9,089 nucleotides of DNA from a virus (taxonomy: Duplodnaviria > Heunggongvirae > Uroviricota > Caudoviricetes): IMG/VR virus record IMGVR_UViG_2667527789_000012. One strand, written 5' to 3'. The position numbers and the translations under genes were made by a program. Positions 8,057-9,089 of this stretch are shown here, piece after piece. The notes beneath the pieces were generated by a model. The model was given only the letters and a program-made list of their open reading frames with translations, was not told the origin of the DNA and made no database searches. Within the stretch, counting starts at the first letter, position 1. Every line of letters begins with the position of its first letter.

Positions 8057-8269
8057 TCAAAGCGCCACTACATGAACAGCGGCAGGACCTTTAGGTCCGT
8101 TCTCAATACCAAATTCAACTTCCTGATTCTCAGTTAATGTTTTGAAATCGTTGCTCTGAATTGCTGAGAAATGGACAAACACATCTTTGCTGCCATCTTT
8201 CGGCGTGATGAAACCAAAACCTTTTTCAGGGTTAAACCATTTCACTAAACCAGTCATTTTGTTAGACAT
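8057..8269 (-). CDS. cspI: Cold-shock protein, CspA family (70 aa)
   Basis: [38 protein letters not shown]... carries the RNP1/RNP2 cold-shock-domain motifs (KGFGFI, VFVHF). AAAGGTAATAATT-ATG mirrors the cspA translation initiation region. The symbol cspI is assigned from Qin-like synteny (gnsB-ynfN-cspI-Rz) and recalled sequence. Confidence 0.85.
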   Translation of the reverse strand: MSNKMTGLVKWFNPEKGFGFITPKDGSKDVFVHFSAIQSNDFKTLTENQEVEFGIENGPKGPAAVHVVAL

Positions 8270-8449
8270 AATTATTACCTTTTGAAGAAATTAGCCCTTG
8301 GGCAGAATGGTCCGAAAAAAAATATCAGAGAGAAAAACCAACAAGGAAATCTCAAGAGGTACAAATAATAAAATTATAACAATGACTGCTTCAGATAAAT
8401 TTGTAACAAACCAGAACACCATTAACGCATGATTAACCACCCATAGCAA
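8270..8449 (-). promoter_or_regulatory. cspI promoter and long 5' leader
   Basis: Minus-strand -35 TTGCTA (8449-8444), 17-nt spacer, -10 GTTAAT (8426-8421), similar to the cspA promoter, with AT-rich DNA upstream. Predicted start near 8414 gives a leader of about 145 nt, as expected for cold-inducible csp genes. Confidence 0.5.
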
Positions 8450-8631
8450 GGATTACTTTTGTAAAGAAAAACACAGCAATGAAAGAATAGCTTTATTTAT
8501 TAATAAAACGTGTCATTCTGATTAAGACCTTTTATCTTACCCTTAAGATTTCAGGAATTTTGGCTCATGGAAGAGTCCTTTTTATTTAAATTTTACATTC
8601 CGCGATGTAAATGTTCCGATTTAATATTACC

Positions 8632-9089
<458 letters not shown>

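Overview
This window is a segment of a lambdoid (lambda/Qin-like) enterobacterial prophage, with most genes on the minus strand. From high to low coordinates it contains: (1) the end of a lysis cassette, a partial Rz-like i-spanin with an embedded Rz1-like lipoprotein; (2) an AT-rich accessory island with a CspA-family cold-shock gene (cspI-like) and its long leader, a 76-aa YnfN/YmcE-like gene, a 57-aa GnsA/GnsB-family gene missing from the ORF track, a plus-strand DUF1398-like gene, a 68-aa hypothetical and a possible 55-aa acidic ORF; (3) a lambda-like cos region about 190 bp upstream of the small terminase start; (4) the packaging/head operon: Nu1-like small terminase, gpA-like large terminase, gpW-like protein, portal and ClpP-like prohead protease. 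The head-gene reading frame stops exactly where an IS3-family insertion sequence appears to begin (about position 125), so the prophage is probably defective. Nearly all elements belong to known families. I did not find a clearly novel system; the least explained parts are the small ORFs and non-coding DNA between cos and the DUF1398 gene, and the 200-nt region 3' of cspI. Family assignments rest on motif recognition and recalled sequences, not on searches.
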